Shown here one piece after another: positions 41,001-51,677 of a stretch of DNA of 64,000 bases. Made by a program: the position numbers and the translations under genes. The stretch spans positions 9,352 to 73,351 of the forward strand of contig NZ_JAVWJB010000007.1 in NCBI RefSeq assembly GCF_036639235.1, written 5' to 3'. This DNA is from Clostridium sp. Lineage in GTDB: Bacteria > Bacillota > Clostridia > Clostridiales > Caloramatoraceae. The stretch's first letter is position 1; each line of letters starts with the position of its first letter. The notes below the pieces were generated by a model that searched no databases, was not told the DNA's origin, and was given only the letters and a program-made list of their open reading frames with translations.

Positions 41001-42404
41001 CTTTAGTGGATTAATCAAAGCTGAAAAGGTATCTATAATCTCTTTATTTTTAATCTTAACAGCTCCAATTTCAGTAATCTCCTCTGTTGCCTTGTTAAGC
41101 CCAGTTGTTTCTATATCAAATACTATATACTCATCATTAAGAGAATATTCTCTTGGACCACATATTAATGGTTCACCATCATCAACTAAATATGCCTCTA
41201 CACCATAAATAACCTTTATGTCTCCAGAGCTTGATGCATCCATAGCCTCTGGGAATGCTTGAACAACGCCATGATCTGTTATTGCAATTGCTTTATGACC
41301 ATATTCCTTAGCTCTTTTAATAAGCATAGATGCTGAACATACCCCATCCATAGAACTCATTTGTGTATGAGCGTGAAGTTCCACTCTTTTTTCTTCACTT
41401 CCATCATCTACCTTAGGTTTTTCTTCCTTTGATACAAAATTAGCCATAATAATAGTTTCCTTAGAGAATGTATCAAATGTAACTCTACCATGTACAAGTA
41501 CCATTTGTGCTCCCTTAATATTACTTATAACATCACTTGCAACCTCTGGTTTTAAGAAGGCTTTTATGTTAACTGAACTTGTATAATCTGTTACGTTAAA
41601 CATAAGTAGCACCTTGCCACTTTTCAGTTCCTTAGTATCAATTCCAAAAATTTCGCCGCGAACAGTTACTACATCCTCTTCATTTAATGCATCTGAAATA
41701 CTTGTTTTAAAGTATTCCTTCGGGGATCTACCGTAAATAATATTATCTGAAGCTACCTTAGCAGCTGAAGCTACCCTAACAGTTTTAGGCTTTTGAATCT
41801 TTTCATCAGAAGTTTTTTCTTCTTTAACAATTGGAGCCTTAATAGATTCTATTTTACTATCTTCAATAGCTTTAAATTCTTCATAATTAAAGCCAGAGTT
41901 AATAACCTGAAAATCTATATAAGTAAGCTCTCCAAATATTTTTTGAATATGCTCTTTAATTTGTTTGTCTACTCCCCTATCCTTTAAAAGCTTAGTTACA
42001 AATTCACTTTCTACATAAATAGTAATATTTTTATCCTTAAGCTTAAATTCAGATACTTGAAGAAAACATAATATGGTTGGATTTTGTTTAAATATTTCGT
42101 GTATAAAGTGTTTAAATCTATTATTATCACTAACTATTTCCTCAAGTGTAACATTTGGTTTTTCATTACTTTCAATATGAACGTTAATGTTACCATTAAT
42201 AGATAGTGAATACTTAAGTGCTTCCTTAATAGTCAGTAAAATATCCTCATTAAGATTACAAAGAGTGGAAAGAACAACATTCCACTCTTTGTTTGATTTA
42301 CTTATATATATCTTTTTAATGAAAATATCTTCTATAATATCCTTTAAGGATGCATCATTAAAATTATAATCCTTAGTAATTATAGTACTTAATGACTTTT
42401 CCAT
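38085..42404 (-). CDS. polC: DNA polymerase III PolC
   Basis: 1439 aa; PHP (ELHAHT), exonuclease (FDIETTG), GSRGSVGSS, PDIDLNF, GQHPGG; no intein. Confidence 0.98.
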   Translation of the reverse strand: MEKSLSTIITKDYNFNDASLKDIIEDIFIKKIYISKSNKEWNVVLSTLCNLNEDILLTIKEALKYSLSINGNINVHIESNEKPNVTLEEIVSDNNRFKHFIHEIFKQNPTILCFLQVSEFKLKDKNITIYVESEFVTKLLKDRGVDKQIKEHIQKIFGELTYIDFQVINSGFNYEEFKAIEDSKIESIKAPIVKEEKTSDEKIQKPKTVRVASAAKVASDNIIYGRSPKEYFKTSISDALNEEDVVTVRGEIFGIDTKELKSGKVLLMFNVTDYTSSVNIKAFLKPEVASDVISNIKGAQMVLVHGRVTFDTFSKETIIMANFVSKEEKPKVDDGSEEKRVELHAHTQMSSMDGVCSASMLIKRAKEYGHKAIAITDHGVVQAFPEAMDASSSGDIKVIYGVEAYLVDDGEPLICGPREYSLNDEYIVFDIETTGLNKATEEITEIGAVKIKNKEIIDTFSALINPLKPIPFEITKLTGITNEMVRDKESIDKVMPRFLEFIGNSPVVAHNAKFDTGFIIEKCNRLNLEFKNTVVDTLTISRWLLKDLKKHKLNILAEYFNISLENHHRAVDDAVATAGIFFKFIDMLKEMNINTIGEVNNIYLSEFDIKKAETHHAIILVKNYEGLYNLYKMVSESHLKYFHKRPRIPKSLLIENRNGLIIGSACEAGQVYKAVLNNTPEDIVKKIAEFYDYLEIQPVGNNQFLIEKGIVPNQRGLQELNKKVVSIAKSLNKLVVATGDVHFLNKHDEYYRRILMAGKGFNDADSQPPLYYKSTGEMLDEFSYLGHETCYDVVIKNPNLIADMVESIKPIPDGTFPPKIDGADEEIRDMTLNKAYSIYGKPLPEIVQKRLDKELNSIISNGYAVLYLISHKIVKKSLDDGYLVGSRGSVGSSLVATMTDITEVNPLAPHYVCSNCKWSEFYTDGSIGSGADLKDRDCPKCGTALTKDGFEIPFEVFLGFEGDKEPDIDLNFSGEYQPNAHKYTEELFGEGYVFRAGTIGTIAEKTAFGYVKNYLDEREIPSTAAEIERLVKGCTGVKRTSGQHPGGVMVVPRDNDIYNFCPIQRPADDVNSDIITTHFDYHSISGRLLKLDILGHDDPTVIRMLQDLTGLDPTKIPLGDEKVLSLFTSPEALNVNKDNFTCEVGTLGLPEFGTKFVRQMLVDTQPHTFAELVRISGLSHGTDVWLNNAQDLIRDGYATLKEVICTRDDIMNYLMLMGVKPKNAFTIMERVRKGKGLRDGDIEEMKENNVPEWYINSCNTIKYMFPKGHAVAYVMMAIRIAYFKVYYPQAYYATYFSVRGLEDFDASIVSKGQDAVLQAIREVEAKGNNLTQKEKGYLTVMEIANEMFARGIKMLKVDLYKSDSIRFKITDEGILPPFRALQGVGETAAKSIVEARGNGEFISKEDLRVRTKISKTVIEIMNEHGCLEGLPDTSQLSLF

Positions 42405-42417
42405 ATCCTCCTCCAGA

Positions 42418-43464
42418 TTATAAAAGGTTAATTTCTTCTATAAGGGTTTCAAGTAGCTTATTCTCAGGAACCTTTTTAATTATCTTTCCTTTTTTGAATA
42501 ATAAACCCTCTCCCTTTCCTCCTGCAATTCCTATGTCAGCTTCACGTGCCTCACCAGGTCCGTTAACTGCGCATCCCATAATTGCAACCTTAATATCCTT
42601 ATCTATACCTGCTAAATACTTTTCAGCTTCCTTAGCAATTCCTATAAGATCTATTTGGGTTCTCCCACATGTTGGGCAAGATACTATTTCAAGACCTCTT
42701 TTTCTAAGTCCTAATGATTTAAGTATCTCTATTCCCACTTTAATTTCTTCTACCGGGTTATCAGTTAAAGACACACGTATAGTATCTCCAATTCCCTGTG
42801 AAAGCAAATGCCCAAGTGCCACTGAAGACTTAATTGTTCCTGAAAAAATAGTTCCAGCCTCCGTTAGCCCAAGGTGTAATGGATAATCAGTTTTGCTTGC
42901 TAATAACTCATAGCTTTTAATGTTATCAACTACATTTGATGACTTAACAGAAATAACCGTATCATAAAAGCCTTCCTCTTCAAGTAGCGCAGCATTTTTA
43001 AGTGCGCTTTCAACTAATCCTTCTGGAGTAGGTTTTTTATATTTTTCAAGAATTTCTTTCTCAAGTGATCCTGCATTAACTCCAATTCTTATAGGTAGAT
43101 TACTATGCTTAGCACTACTTACTACTTCTTGAATTTTTGTCTTTGAACCAATATTACCTGGGTTTATTCTAAGTGCGTCAATTCCATTTTCTATAGATTT
43201 TAGTGCAAGTCTATAGTCAAAATGAATATCAGCAACAAGTGGAATATGAATTCTTGGTTTTATAAGTTTAATAGCATCTGCTGCCTGAGCATCTGGAACA
43301 GCAACTCTAATAATTTCACAACCTGCATCTTCAAGTTCTAAAATCTGACTAACTGTAGCTTCAACATCTCGAGTATCAGTATTAGTCATTGACTGGACAG
43401 TTATTCTTTCATCTGCCCCCATGTATATATTACCAACTCTTATCCTACGTGAGTTTCTTCTCAA
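42418..43464 (-). CDS. ispG: HMB-PP synthase (MEP pathway)
   Basis: [38 protein letters not shown]; TTG start after SD gaaggtg. Confidence 0.96.
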   Translation of the reverse strand: MRRNSRRIRVGNIYMGADERITVQSMTNTDTRDVEATVSQILELEDAGCEIIRVAVPDAQAADAIKLIKPRIHIPLVADIHFDYRLALKSIENGIDALRINPGNIGSKTKIQEVVSSAKHSNLPIRIGVNAGSLEKEILEKYKKPTPEGLVESALKNAALLEEEGFYDTVISVKSSNVVDNIKSYELLASKTDYPLHLGLTEAGTIFSGTIKSSVALGHLLSQGIGDTIRVSLTDNPVEEIKVGIEILKSLGLRKRGLEIVSCPTCGRTQIDLIGIAKEAEKYLAGIDKDIKVAIMGCAVNGPGEAREADIGIAGGKGEGLLFKKGKIIKKVPENKLLETLIEEINLL

Positions 43465-43476
43465 TTTTATCACCTT

Positions 43477-44496
43477 CTATTTAAAGAATCTAACTATATC
43501 GTTGTAGGTTACAAAAACTATAAATGTCATCAGGAGTGCAAATCCTATGATATTTAATATACCAATTTTGTTTTGATCTATTTTCTTACCTGTAAGTGCC
43601 TCAATCAGTAATATTATAACCCAGCCTCCATCTAATGCAGGGAAAGGTATTAGATTAAGTACTCCAAGATTTATACTTAAAAAGGCCATAAATGAAAGGA
43701 AAGTCCATATTCCAGCCTGGGCTGCTTTACCTGATAAGTCAACTATAGCAACCGGCCCTCCAAATGAATCCATAGATGCATTCCCTTGAACTAAAGTTCC
43801 TAGGAATCCTATCATCTGCTTAATAGATGCAAACGTTTCAACTGTTCCATCCTTTATAGACTCTATTAGATTACCTTTTTCAAGTGTTGGTGCTATACCT
43901 ATTAGATGCCTTTTTGCCTTTTCATCGTATTTTGGAGTAACTGATATTTTTTTCTCAGTTCCATCTCTTAATACTACTAGGTCTAAAGGATTCCCCTTAT
44001 TTTCACTAATTTCAGCTACAACTTCATTCCATGTTTTTATTTTTCTATCATTAATTTGGATTATCTTATCATTTTCTCTAACTCCTGCTTCATATGCAGG
44101 AGATGATATTTCAACTTTTTCGATTGTCGGCTTAACCGTACCTTGATTAAAAAATACTATTGAAAATAATACAATAGCAGTTACTATATTAAATGCAGCA
44201 CCAGCTACTATAATTAACAATCTCTTCCATGGATTTTGATTACAAAATGCTCTTGGGTCATCTGACCCTTCTTCTTCCCCTAGCATTTTAACATATCCTC
44301 CAATAGGAAGGAGTCTTAATGTATAGTCTGTTTCCTTTTTTCTAAATGAGAAAAGTTTAGGTCCCATACCTATGGCAAATTCTAAAACTTTAACACCTGA
44401 TAACTTAGCTGTTAAAAAATGTCCAAGTTCATGGGTTGCAATAAGTATTCCAAATACCAATATTGCTGCTATCATTGTTGTCAATATATCCACCAC
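43477..44496 (-). CDS. rseP: RIP intramembrane metalloprotease RseP/RasP
   Basis: HELGH, PDZ domain, NLIPFPALDGG. Confidence 0.95.
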   Translation of the reverse strand: MVDILTTMIAAILVFGILIATHELGHFLTAKLSGVKVLEFAIGMGPKLFSFRKKETDYTLRLLPIGGYVKMLGEEEGSDDPRAFCNQNPWKRLLIIVAGAAFNIVTAIVLFSIVFFNQGTVKPTIEKVEISSPAYEAGVRENDKIIQINDRKIKTWNEVVAEISENKGNPLDLVVLRDGTEKKISVTPKYDEKAKRHLIGIAPTLEKGNLIESIKDGTVETFASIKQMIGFLGTLVQGNASMDSFGGPVAIVDLSGKAAQAGIWTFLSFMAFLSINLGVLNLIPFPALDGGWVIILLIEALTGKKIDQNKIGILNIIGFALLMTFIVFVTYNDIVRFFK

Positions 44497-44504
44497 CTAA
44501 GAAA

Positions 44505-45650
44505 TTATTTAATTGAATTTACATATGCCCTAGTTTCTTTTTCAATTTGAAGAATATCTTCAACTGTATACTTATGTATAGTCTTATGACTCATCATTGC
44601 CCTTTCAACAAGTTCAGTTATCTTTAAAAATGAAATCTTCTCATCTAAAAATAGTTGAACAGCCTCTTCGTTAGCTGAGTTAAATACAGTTGTCATGGTT
44701 CCCCCTTCAATTCCTGCCTCATATCCAAGCTTTAATCCTCTAAAAACCTTAGTGTCTGGCTTTTCAAAGGTTAACCCTGACAACTTAAATAAATCAAGCT
44801 TTTCAGATGAAGCAAGTTTCCGATTTGGGTAGTCAAATGCATACTGTATAGGGTGCTTCATACTTGGAACACCAAGCTGTGCAATAATTGAAGAATCTCT
44901 GTATTCAACCATTGAATGAATAATGCTTTGTGGATGAACTGCAACATCTATTTTGTCATATGAAACATTAAAAAGAAAATGTGCTTCAATAACTTCTAAA
45001 GCCTTATTAATTAGGGTTGATGAATCTATAGTAATCTTTCTTCCCATACTCCAGTTAGGGTGTTTTAGTGCATCCTTAAGAGTTACACTCTTTAAAAATT
45101 CCTTGTCACGTCCTCTAAAAGGACCTCCTGAAGCTGTTAGAATAATTTTCTCTATATCCTCTACTTTATTACCATTTAAACATTGAAAAATAGCACAGTG
45201 CTCACTGTCAACAGGTATAATCTTAGAACTTGATGATTTCATAAGCTCTGTAATTATCTCTCCACCAACTACAAGTGTTTCCTTGTTAGCTAGAGCAATA
45301 TCCTTTGAAGCTTTAATTGCTTCAATAGTTGGAACAAGTCCAATCATACCCATAATAGATGTTAAAACTATATCTGCCTCTTTAAGTGTTGATACTTCAA
45401 CTAAACCTTCTACTCCATATAGAATCTTAACACTTTCACTTTTTAGATTCTTCCTTAGAACATCATAGGCATCCTTATTATTAACAACTATATAAGGCGG
45501 CCTAAACTCCATGTACTGATCCATTAAAGCATCTAGATTTGAGTTAGCCGATATAGCTAAAAGGTTATATTCCTCTTTTTTATTTCTAATTATATCTAGC
45601 GCCTGAGTTCCTATTGAACCTGTTGACCCTAAAATTACGATATTTTTCAT
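44505..45650 (-). CDS. dxr: 1-deoxy-D-xylulose-5-phosphate reductoisomerase
   Basis: LGSTGSIG, LANKE, PVDSEH, HPNWSMG. Confidence 0.98.
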   Translation of the reverse strand: MKNIVILGSTGSIGTQALDIIRNKKEEYNLLAISANSNLDALMDQYMEFRPPYIVVNNKDAYDVLRKNLKSESVKILYGVEGLVEVSTLKEADIVLTSIMGMIGLVPTIEAIKASKDIALANKETLVVGGEIITELMKSSSSKIIPVDSEHCAIFQCLNGNKVEDIEKIILTASGGPFRGRDKEFLKSVTLKDALKHPNWSMGRKITIDSSTLINKALEVIEAHFLFNVSYDKIDVAVHPQSIIHSMVEYRDSSIIAQLGVPSMKHPIQYAFDYPNRKLASSEKLDLFKLSGLTFEKPDTKVFRGLKLGYEAGIEGGTMTTVFNSANEEAVQLFLDEKISFLKITELVERAMMSHKTIHKYTVEDILQIEKETRAYVNSIK

Positions 45651-46630
45651 CTGTATGTTAGGTCTCCTTTCTCAATGCCCTTATAAATTTCTTTAAACAT
45701 TACCAGAATTAAAGGTCCAAATAAAACTCCCATTGTACCGAATAAAGTTACTCCTATATAAAGTGAAAATAACACAAAAATAGGCTTAAGGACTAAATTT
45801 CCTTGCATAAGTTTTATTTCTGCAACTTGCCTTACAATTATAAGTAATAGTATTGTTACTACTAATCCAAAACAGATAAAGTACTGCTTTGATATAAATG
45901 TATACAATACTATCGGTAAGAAAATAAACAAAGGTCCTACAATAGGTAGTAAATCAAGTATACCACAAATTATTCCTATTGATAAAGGGTCTTGAAAGCC
46001 TAGTATCATAAGAGAGATTGAGGTAATTGCTATTGTTATTGCTACAAGACGAATTTCTATAGTTATTAGGGTATTTATATTATATACAGACTTTCTTATA
46101 ACACTATATATACTATTCCCAAGTATGCCTTTTACCTTAAATGCTAAATAAGGTAAGTCTAGACTCATTAAAAATGACGCTAGGGCTAATATGAATACAT
46201 AAATAGACCCTCCAAGTGCTGTCATTACAGTATGTAAAATTTTCTCCTTATATTGTAATATAATATTTTTTGCTTCAAGTATAATTTTTTCATAATTATC
46301 GTTAAAAGAGCTTATTAGGGGGTAATCCTTATATGTATCTAAAAGTCTTGGCATTATATCTGTAACTTGCACTATTTTTGTAGCTACATACTGCCATATG
46401 TATGCTCCAAATACAAATACTAATATACCTCCTAATGCAAAAGTTAAAATAACAGCTGTTTTCCTATCAACCTTAAACCGCATTAAGTACACTATTACTG
46501 GTTCAATTGAAAGGGTAAGTATTAATGCAAATAAAAAAGGCCACAAAAAAACAAGACTTAATTTAAGTATTAATATTACAATTATAGTTAATAATATACC
46601 CTTAAAAAATGTCTTGTTTATGCTTATCAT
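45647..46630 (-). CDS. ytvI: AI-2E family membrane protein (YtvI-like)
   Basis: Hydrophobic; LDLLPIVGP, GVLFGPL. Confidence 0.8.
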   Translation of the reverse strand: MISINKTFFKGILLTIIVILILKLSLVFLWPFLFALILTLSIEPVIVYLMRFKVDRKTAVILTFALGGILVFVFGAYIWQYVATKIVQVTDIMPRLLDTYKDYPLISSFNDNYEKIILEAKNIILQYKEKILHTVMTALGGSIYVFILALASFLMSLDLPYLAFKVKGILGNSIYSVIRKSVYNINTLITIEIRLVAITIAITSISLMILGFQDPLSIGIICGILDLLPIVGPLFIFLPIVLYTFISKQYFICFGLVVTILLLIIVRQVAEIKLMQGNLVLKPIFVLFSLYIGVTLFGTMGVLFGPLILVMFKEIYKGIEKGDLTYR

Positions 46631-46635
46631 CTAAA

Positions 46636-47424
46636 TCATCCTATAAAAAATATTATATAACAGTATACTACTGGTGTAGTAAAAAGTATGCTATCAAATC
46701 TATCTAAAATTCCACCATGACCTGGCATAATTCTACCGTAATCCTTTACAGATGAGTATCTTTTTATAAGTGATGCTGATAAATCTCCTATTTGAGATAT
46801 AATAGATGCAACAATTGCTAGTATTATAATTCCTATCCATGTAAAAGGTACATTAGGACTAAAGTATCCCCAAAGTGTAACCCCTACAATACTTCCTAAT
46901 ATTCCACCTATAGATCCCTCAATAGTTTTCTTCGGACTAACTCTTTCACAAAGCTTATGTTTTCCAAATGATCTACCTGTATAATAGGCAAATGTATCAC
47001 AGAAAAATGATATTAAAAGAACTAGCCAAATAAGGCTACTACCATATTCATGGCCTCTTATAGGAATTAGTAGAACGAAGAAATTTACAATATATACAAA
47101 GCCTGTTATTGTAACTGCTGATGAAATAACATCATACTTTTCGAGAAAAATAGGAAGTGCCATTGAAGCAATCACAACTAGATAAACTACTAAATAACTA
47201 TATTCTATAAGATTTAAAAATACTAAACTAAATGTTATAACATAACCAATTCCAAGAATTGGCCACATAACATGTATATTAGATGGTTTATATACCCTTG
47301 TATATTCATAAATTGCAATACAAGTAATAATAGCTATAGATATATCAAAAATATATCCTCCACTTATTACTACAAAGAACAGTATAGGAAGTGCTAACAG
47401 CGCACTAATTAATCTTGTATTCAT
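46636..47424 (-). CDS. cdsA: Phosphatidate cytidylyltransferase
   Basis: DTFAYYTG, SPKKTIEG, KDYGRIMPGHGGILDRFDS. Confidence 0.97.
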   Translation of the reverse strand: MNTRLISALLALPILFFVVISGGYIFDISIAIITCIAIYEYTRVYKPSNIHVMWPILGIGYVITFSLVFLNLIEYSYLVVYLVVIASMALPIFLEKYDVISSAVTITGFVYIVNFFVLLIPIRGHEYGSSLIWLVLLISFFCDTFAYYTGRSFGKHKLCERVSPKKTIEGSIGGILGSIVGVTLWGYFSPNVPFTWIGIIILAIVASIISQIGDLSASLIKRYSSVKDYGRIMPGHGGILDRFDSILFTTPVVYCYIIFFIG

Positions 47425-47436
47425 AGTATCCCTCTT

Positions 47437-48198
47437 TTATTTTTTTATTCCGCCAAATCTTCTATCCCTTTTTTGGTAGTCATAAATAGCATGATATAGG
47501 TCTGAAGATGTAAAATCTGGCCAATATATATTAGAAAACCAAAATTCACTATATGCAGATTGCCATAATAGGAAATTACTAAGTCTATATTCCCCACTTG
47601 GTCTTATTATTATGTCTGGGTCTACCATATTTTTTGTGTATAACCTACTTGAAAACTCTTCTTCAGTAATTTTGTCAGATAAAAGCTTACCATCCTTATA
47701 GTCATCTATAATACTATTAACAGCAGATAGAATTTCATGTCTTGAACCATAATTAAGTGCTAAATTAAGTGTAAGACCAGTGTTATTAGCAGTAATAGCC
47801 TTTGCATTAACAAGCTCGTCTTGACATACCTTAGGTAGCGCTGTTATATCACCAATAAAATTAACCACAACATTGTTTGAATTAAGCTCCTTAACTTCCT
47901 TTTTTAAGTATTCTACTAAAAGCTTCATCAAACTATTAACCTCCTCAGGAGGTCTCTTCCAGTTTTCAGTTGAAAATGCATATAAAGTTAAGTATTTAAT
48001 TCCTATATTTGAAGAGGTTTTAACAATTTCTCTTATTGTTTCAACACCAGCTTTATGTCCCATACTTCTCGGAAGGCCTTTTCTTTTAGCCCATCTGCCA
48101 TTTCCATCCATTATTATAGCTATGTGCTTTGGTATATTATTCATATCTAAATCTTCAACTTTTATATCTGAATTTTTCTTGAATAAATTGAAAAACAT
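47437..48198 (-). CDS. uppS: Undecaprenyl diphosphate synthase
   Basis: IIMDGNGRW, FSTENW, RPSGEYRLSNFLLWQ. Confidence 0.98.
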   Translation of the reverse strand: MFFNLFKKNSDIKVEDLDMNNIPKHIAIIMDGNGRWAKRKGLPRSMGHKAGVETIREIVKTSSNIGIKYLTLYAFSTENWKRPPEEVNSLMKLLVEYLKKEVKELNSNNVVVNFIGDITALPKVCQDELVNAKAITANNTGLTLNLALNYGSRHEILSAVNSIIDDYKDGKLLSDKITEEEFSSRLYTKNMVDPDIIIRPSGEYRLSNFLLWQSAYSEFWFSNIYWPDFTSSDLYHAIYDYQKRDRRFGGIKK

Positions 48199-48256
48199 AA
48201 ACTTTAGCCTCCGCGTAAATGTTAATATATAGTCAAAAACCCCTTATATAAGGGGT

Positions 48257-48439
48257 TTAAAATAACGAATAATATATAATTAATTCATCCTTTTTTTCAA
48301 CCTTAATTACTCTCTTATCATCGCCTAATATATCTTCCTTAGGACTAAGAATCTTAATAAAAGAGGCATTAGGGTATGTATCTTGTATAAGGCCCTTAGC
48401 TTTATCTAAAGTTAACCCTAAAAGGTTAGATACCTCCAT
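48257..48439 (-). CDS. 60-aa protein resembling a single PASTA domain
   Basis: TAATG overlap with the frr stop; VSNLLGLTLDKAKGLI resembles the PASTA N-terminal pattern; terminator at 48237-48259. Confidence 0.65.
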   Translation of the reverse strand: MEVSNLLGLTLDKAKGLIQDTYPNASFIKILSPKEDILGDDKRVIKVEKKDELIIYYSLF

Positions 48440-48993
48440 TATACTGTAAGTATCTCCTTTTCTTTAGCTTCAACAAGCTTATCAATTTCCTTAACAAAGT
48501 TGTCAGTTTTCTTTTGAACTGTTTCTTCAGCTGACTTAACTTCGTCTTCTGATGCACCATCTTTCTTAAGTGACTTAAGTTTGTCATTTGCATCACGTCT
48601 AATTGATCTTATAGCAACCTTAGCATCTTCTCCATGCTTTTTAACAACCTTAACAAGGTTCTTTCTTGTTTCTTCAGTAAGTTCAGGAACTAGTAGTCTT
48701 ATAACTGTTCCATCATTTGTTGGATTAAGTCCTAGATCAGACTTTTGTATAGCCTTTTCTATTTCCTTCATAGCTCCCTTATCCCATGGCTGAATAACGA
48801 TCATTCTTGCTTCTGGAGTTGAAACAGACGCAAGTCCTGCAACTGGAGTTGGTGTTCCGTAGTAATCTACTACAACTTTATCAAGCATTGAAGGGTTTGC
48901 TCTACCAGCCTTAAGACCTTGCAGTTCTCTAACAAGGGCGTCAATTGATTTTTTCATCTTATTTTCTGTTGAAGTTAAAACTTCCTTAATCAT
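48439..48993 (-). CDS. frr: Ribosome recycling factor
   Basis: AGRANP, DYYGTPTP, PELTEE, AIRSIRRD. Confidence 0.98.
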   Translation of the reverse strand: MIKEVLTSTENKMKKSIDALVRELQGLKAGRANPSMLDKVVVDYYGTPTPVAGLASVSTPEARMIVIQPWDKGAMKEIEKAIQKSDLGLNPTNDGTVIRLLVPELTEETRKNLVKVVKKHGEDAKVAIRSIRRDANDKLKSLKKDGASEDEVKSAEETVQKKTDNFVKEIDKLVEAKEKEILTV

Positions 48994-49010
48994 ATGGATA
49001 ACCTCCTAAA

Positions 49011-49724
49011 TTAATCGTTGTTTACTATTGTTCCTAAAACTTCACCAGTAATAGCCTTAAGGATATTGTTTGGCTCATCTAGGGAAAATACTATAATCGG
49101 AATATTGTTTTCCTTACATAGGGCTGTTGCTGTAGCATCCATAACCTTAAGATCCTTCTCTAACACTTCCTTAAAAGTAAGCTTATCAAACTTCTTAGCA
49201 TCCTTATTTATGTTAGGGTCAGAATCATAAACTCCGTCTACCTTTTTAGCAAGTAGTATAACCTCTGCCTCTGTTTCAGCAGCTCTAAGTGCAGCAGCTG
49301 TATCAGTAGAAAAATATGGATTACCTGAACCAGCAGCAAAAATAACTACTCTCCCCTTTTGTAGGTGTCTAACTGCTCTTCTTCTTATAAATGGTTCCGC
49401 CACTTCTTTCATTTCGATAGCAGTTTGCACTCTAGTATGAACTCCCATTCTCTCAAGAGAATCTTGTAGTGCTAGTGAGTTTATACATGTTGCTAGCATT
49501 CCCATATGGTCTGAAGTAGTTCTGTCCATATTTACTCCATTTCTACCTCTCCATATATTTCCGCCACCAACAACAACTGTTACTTCAATACCCAGCTCTA
49601 CTAGATCTTTTACTTCACCTGATATTCTATCTACAACTTCAAAATCAAAACCATGACCTTTTTTTCCAGCTAGTGATTCACCACTTAACTTTAGCATTAC
49701 TCTCTTATATCTTGGAGAATTCAT
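49011..49724 (-). CDS. pyrH: UMP kinase
   Basis: [29 protein letters not shown]. Confidence 0.98.
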   Translation of the reverse strand: MNSPRYKRVMLKLSGESLAGKKGHGFDFEVVDRISGEVKDLVELGIEVTVVVGGGNIWRGRNGVNMDRTTSDHMGMLATCINSLALQDSLERMGVHTRVQTAIEMKEVAEPFIRRRAVRHLQKGRVVIFAAGSGNPYFSTDTAAALRAAETEAEVILLAKKVDGVYDSDPNINKDAKKFDKLTFKEVLEKDLKVMDATATALCKENNIPIIVFSLDEPNNILKAITGEVLGTIVNND

Positions 49725-49758
49725 AGTTATTTAACCTCCGATTATAATTTAATATTTA

Positions 49759-49786
49759 TATTCTACATTCTTTAGTAATTTCCTTT
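49759..49786 (-). promoter_or_regulatory. SigH-like promoter upstream of pyrH
   Basis: Minus strand AGGAAAT-11 nt-GTAGAAT, same geometry as the spoVS promoter. Confidence 0.55.
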
Positions 49787-49788
49787 TC

Positions 49789-49819
49789 AAAAAAAGAGAA
49801 CACAGGTGTGTTCTCTTTT
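49789..49819 (-). terminator. Terminator after tsf
   Basis: aaaagagaacac / gtgttctctttt 12-bp stem. Confidence 0.8.
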
Positions 49820-49846
49820 AAGTTACATAATTAAGTATAAGAAAGA

Positions 49847-50767
49847 TTATTTCTTAAGACCTGCTTGCTTCATTACTTCTTCAGCAAAATCTTCTTCCTT
49901 CTTTTCGATTCCTTCACCCTTTTCAAGTCTTGCGAATCTAACAACCTTTATATCTGAACCTTGCTCTTTAGCCTTACTTTCAACAAACTTAGTGATTGTG
50001 AAGTCTTGATCTCTGATCCAAAGTTGCTCTAGAAGACATACTTCCTTGAAGTACTTGTTAATTCTTCCTTCAACCATCTTCTCAACAACCTTTTCTGGCT
50101 TTCCATCATTAAGGGCTTGTTGTCTGTATATTTCTCTTTCCTTGTCAAGAACGTCTTCTGATACAACTTCTCTGTTAAGGAATAGAGGGTTTGAAGCTGC
50201 AACTTGAAGTGCAACTTGCTTAGCTACGTCAGCAGCAATTTCTGTCTTAGCTGAATCAACTTCAACCATAACAGCAATTCTTCCACCACCGTGAATGTAT
50301 TGAGCAAGAACACCTTCAGTTTCGAATCTTTCGAATCTTCTAACTGACATGTTTTCTCCAAGCTTAGCAATAAGTGCTGTAACTGCATCTTGAACTGTAA
50401 TGTTCTCGTCTGCAATGTACTTTTCAGCTAAAAGTTCTTCTACTGTAGCACAAGTTGATATAGCAGCTTGCTTAGCAACATTCTTAGTAAGCGCCATAAA
50501 CTCATCATTCTTAGCAACGAAGTCAGTTTCACAGTTTACTTCAGCAACTGCACCTCTTTTTCCGTCTTCAGTAATGAATGTTTCTACAAGTCCTTCAGCA
50601 GCAACTCTTCCAGCCTTCTTAGCCGCAGCAGCTAGACCCTTTTCTCTTAGGAATTCGATAGCTTTTTCCATATCTCCTTCAGTTTGAACAAGAGCCTTCT
50701 TACAGTCCATCATTCCTGCTCCAGTTCTTTCTCTTAGTTCGCTAACCATTTTTGCAGTAATTGCCAT
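49847..50767 (-). CDS. tsf: Elongation factor Ts
   Basis: [26 protein letters not shown]. Confidence 0.98.
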   Translation of the reverse strand: MAITAKMVSELRERTGAGMMDCKKALVQTEGDMEKAIEFLREKGLAAAAKKAGRVAAEGLVETFITEDGKRGAVAEVNCETDFVAKNDEFMALTKNVAKQAAISTCATVEELLAEKYIADENITVQDAVTALIAKLGENMSVRRFERFETEGVLAQYIHGGGRIAVMVEVDSAKTEIAADVAKQVALQVAASNPLFLNREVVSEDVLDKEREIYRQQALNDGKPEKVVEKMVEGRINKYFKEVCLLEQLWIRDQDFTITKFVESKAKEQGSDIKVVRFARLEKGEGIEKKEEDFAEEVMKQAGLKK

Positions 50768-50835
50768 GTTAATTTCCTCCCTTATGTTAACAAAGGTAAG
50801 GGAAGGAAAACCCTTTACCCTTACCCATTATATTA

Positions 50836-51534
50836 TTATTCAGCTACTTGCTCGCCTTGTCTTCCTTCGATGATCGCATCAGCAATCTTTCCAGCGATAA
50901 GCTTTACAGCTCTAATAGCGTCGTCATTTCCAGGAATTACATAATCAACTTCATCTGGGTCACAGTTTGTATCTACTATACCAACAACTGGGATTCCAAG
51001 AATCTTAGCTTCTGAAACAGCGTTCTTCTCTTTTCTTGGGTCAACAACGAATAGTACGTCTGGCGTTCTAGTCATGTTCTTGATACCACCAAGGTTCTTT
51101 TCAAGCTTTTCCATTTCAAGCTTAAGCTTGATAACTTCTTTCTTAGGTAGAAGATCAAAAGTTCCATCTTCTTGCATTTTTTCAAGATCAGTTAGTCTCT
51201 TGATTCTGTTTCTGATTGTCTTGAAGTTTGTTAGCATTCCTCCAAGCCATCTTTCGCTTACAAAGTGCATTCCGCATCTTACAGCTTCTTCCTTAACTGA
51301 ATCTTGAGCTTGCTTCTTAGTACCAACAAATAGTACTTCGCATCCATCTACTGATGAATCCTTTACGAAATCATAAGCTTCTTCCATTTTCTTAACTGTC
51401 TTTTGAAGATCGATGATATAGATACCATTTCTCTCTGTAAAGATGTATTCTCCCATCTTAGGGTTCCATCTTCTTGTTTGGTGTCCAAAGTGTACACCTG
51501 CTTCTAGTAATTGTTTCATTGATATTACTGACAT
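50836..51534 (-). CDS. rpsB: 30S ribosomal protein S2
   Basis: [26 protein letters not shown]; ATG 51534 after SD ggaggtg. Confidence 0.98.
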   Translation of the reverse strand: MSVISMKQLLEAGVHFGHQTRRWNPKMGEYIFTERNGIYIIDLQKTVKKMEEAYDFVKDSSVDGCEVLFVGTKKQAQDSVKEEAVRCGMHFVSERWLGGMLTNFKTIRNRIKRLTDLEKMQEDGTFDLLPKKEVIKLKLEMEKLEKNLGGIKNMTRTPDVLFVVDPRKEKNAVSEAKILGIPVVGIVDTNCDPDEVDYVIPGNDDAIRAVKLIAGKIADAIIEGRQGEQVAE

Positions 51535-51544
51535 TTTTTGCACC

Positions 51545-51622
51545 TCCAGGTTATTCCTCCGTCACAGTCATTTTCCTCCAAAAACCTTACGGCACCTTCG
51601 AAGAAATTATGTAACGTGTGTA
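51545..51622 (-). ncRNA. rpsB leader (t44 / S2 leader RNA)
   Basis: Begins ACACACG just after a TTGCCT-17 bp-TATACT promoter; contains GGTGC and GGAGG elements typical of this leader. Confidence 0.7.
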
Positions 51623-51677
51623 ATTTTCCTTACAAAGTATAACACATATTTTTTTGCAAGGCAATAAAAACTCTATT

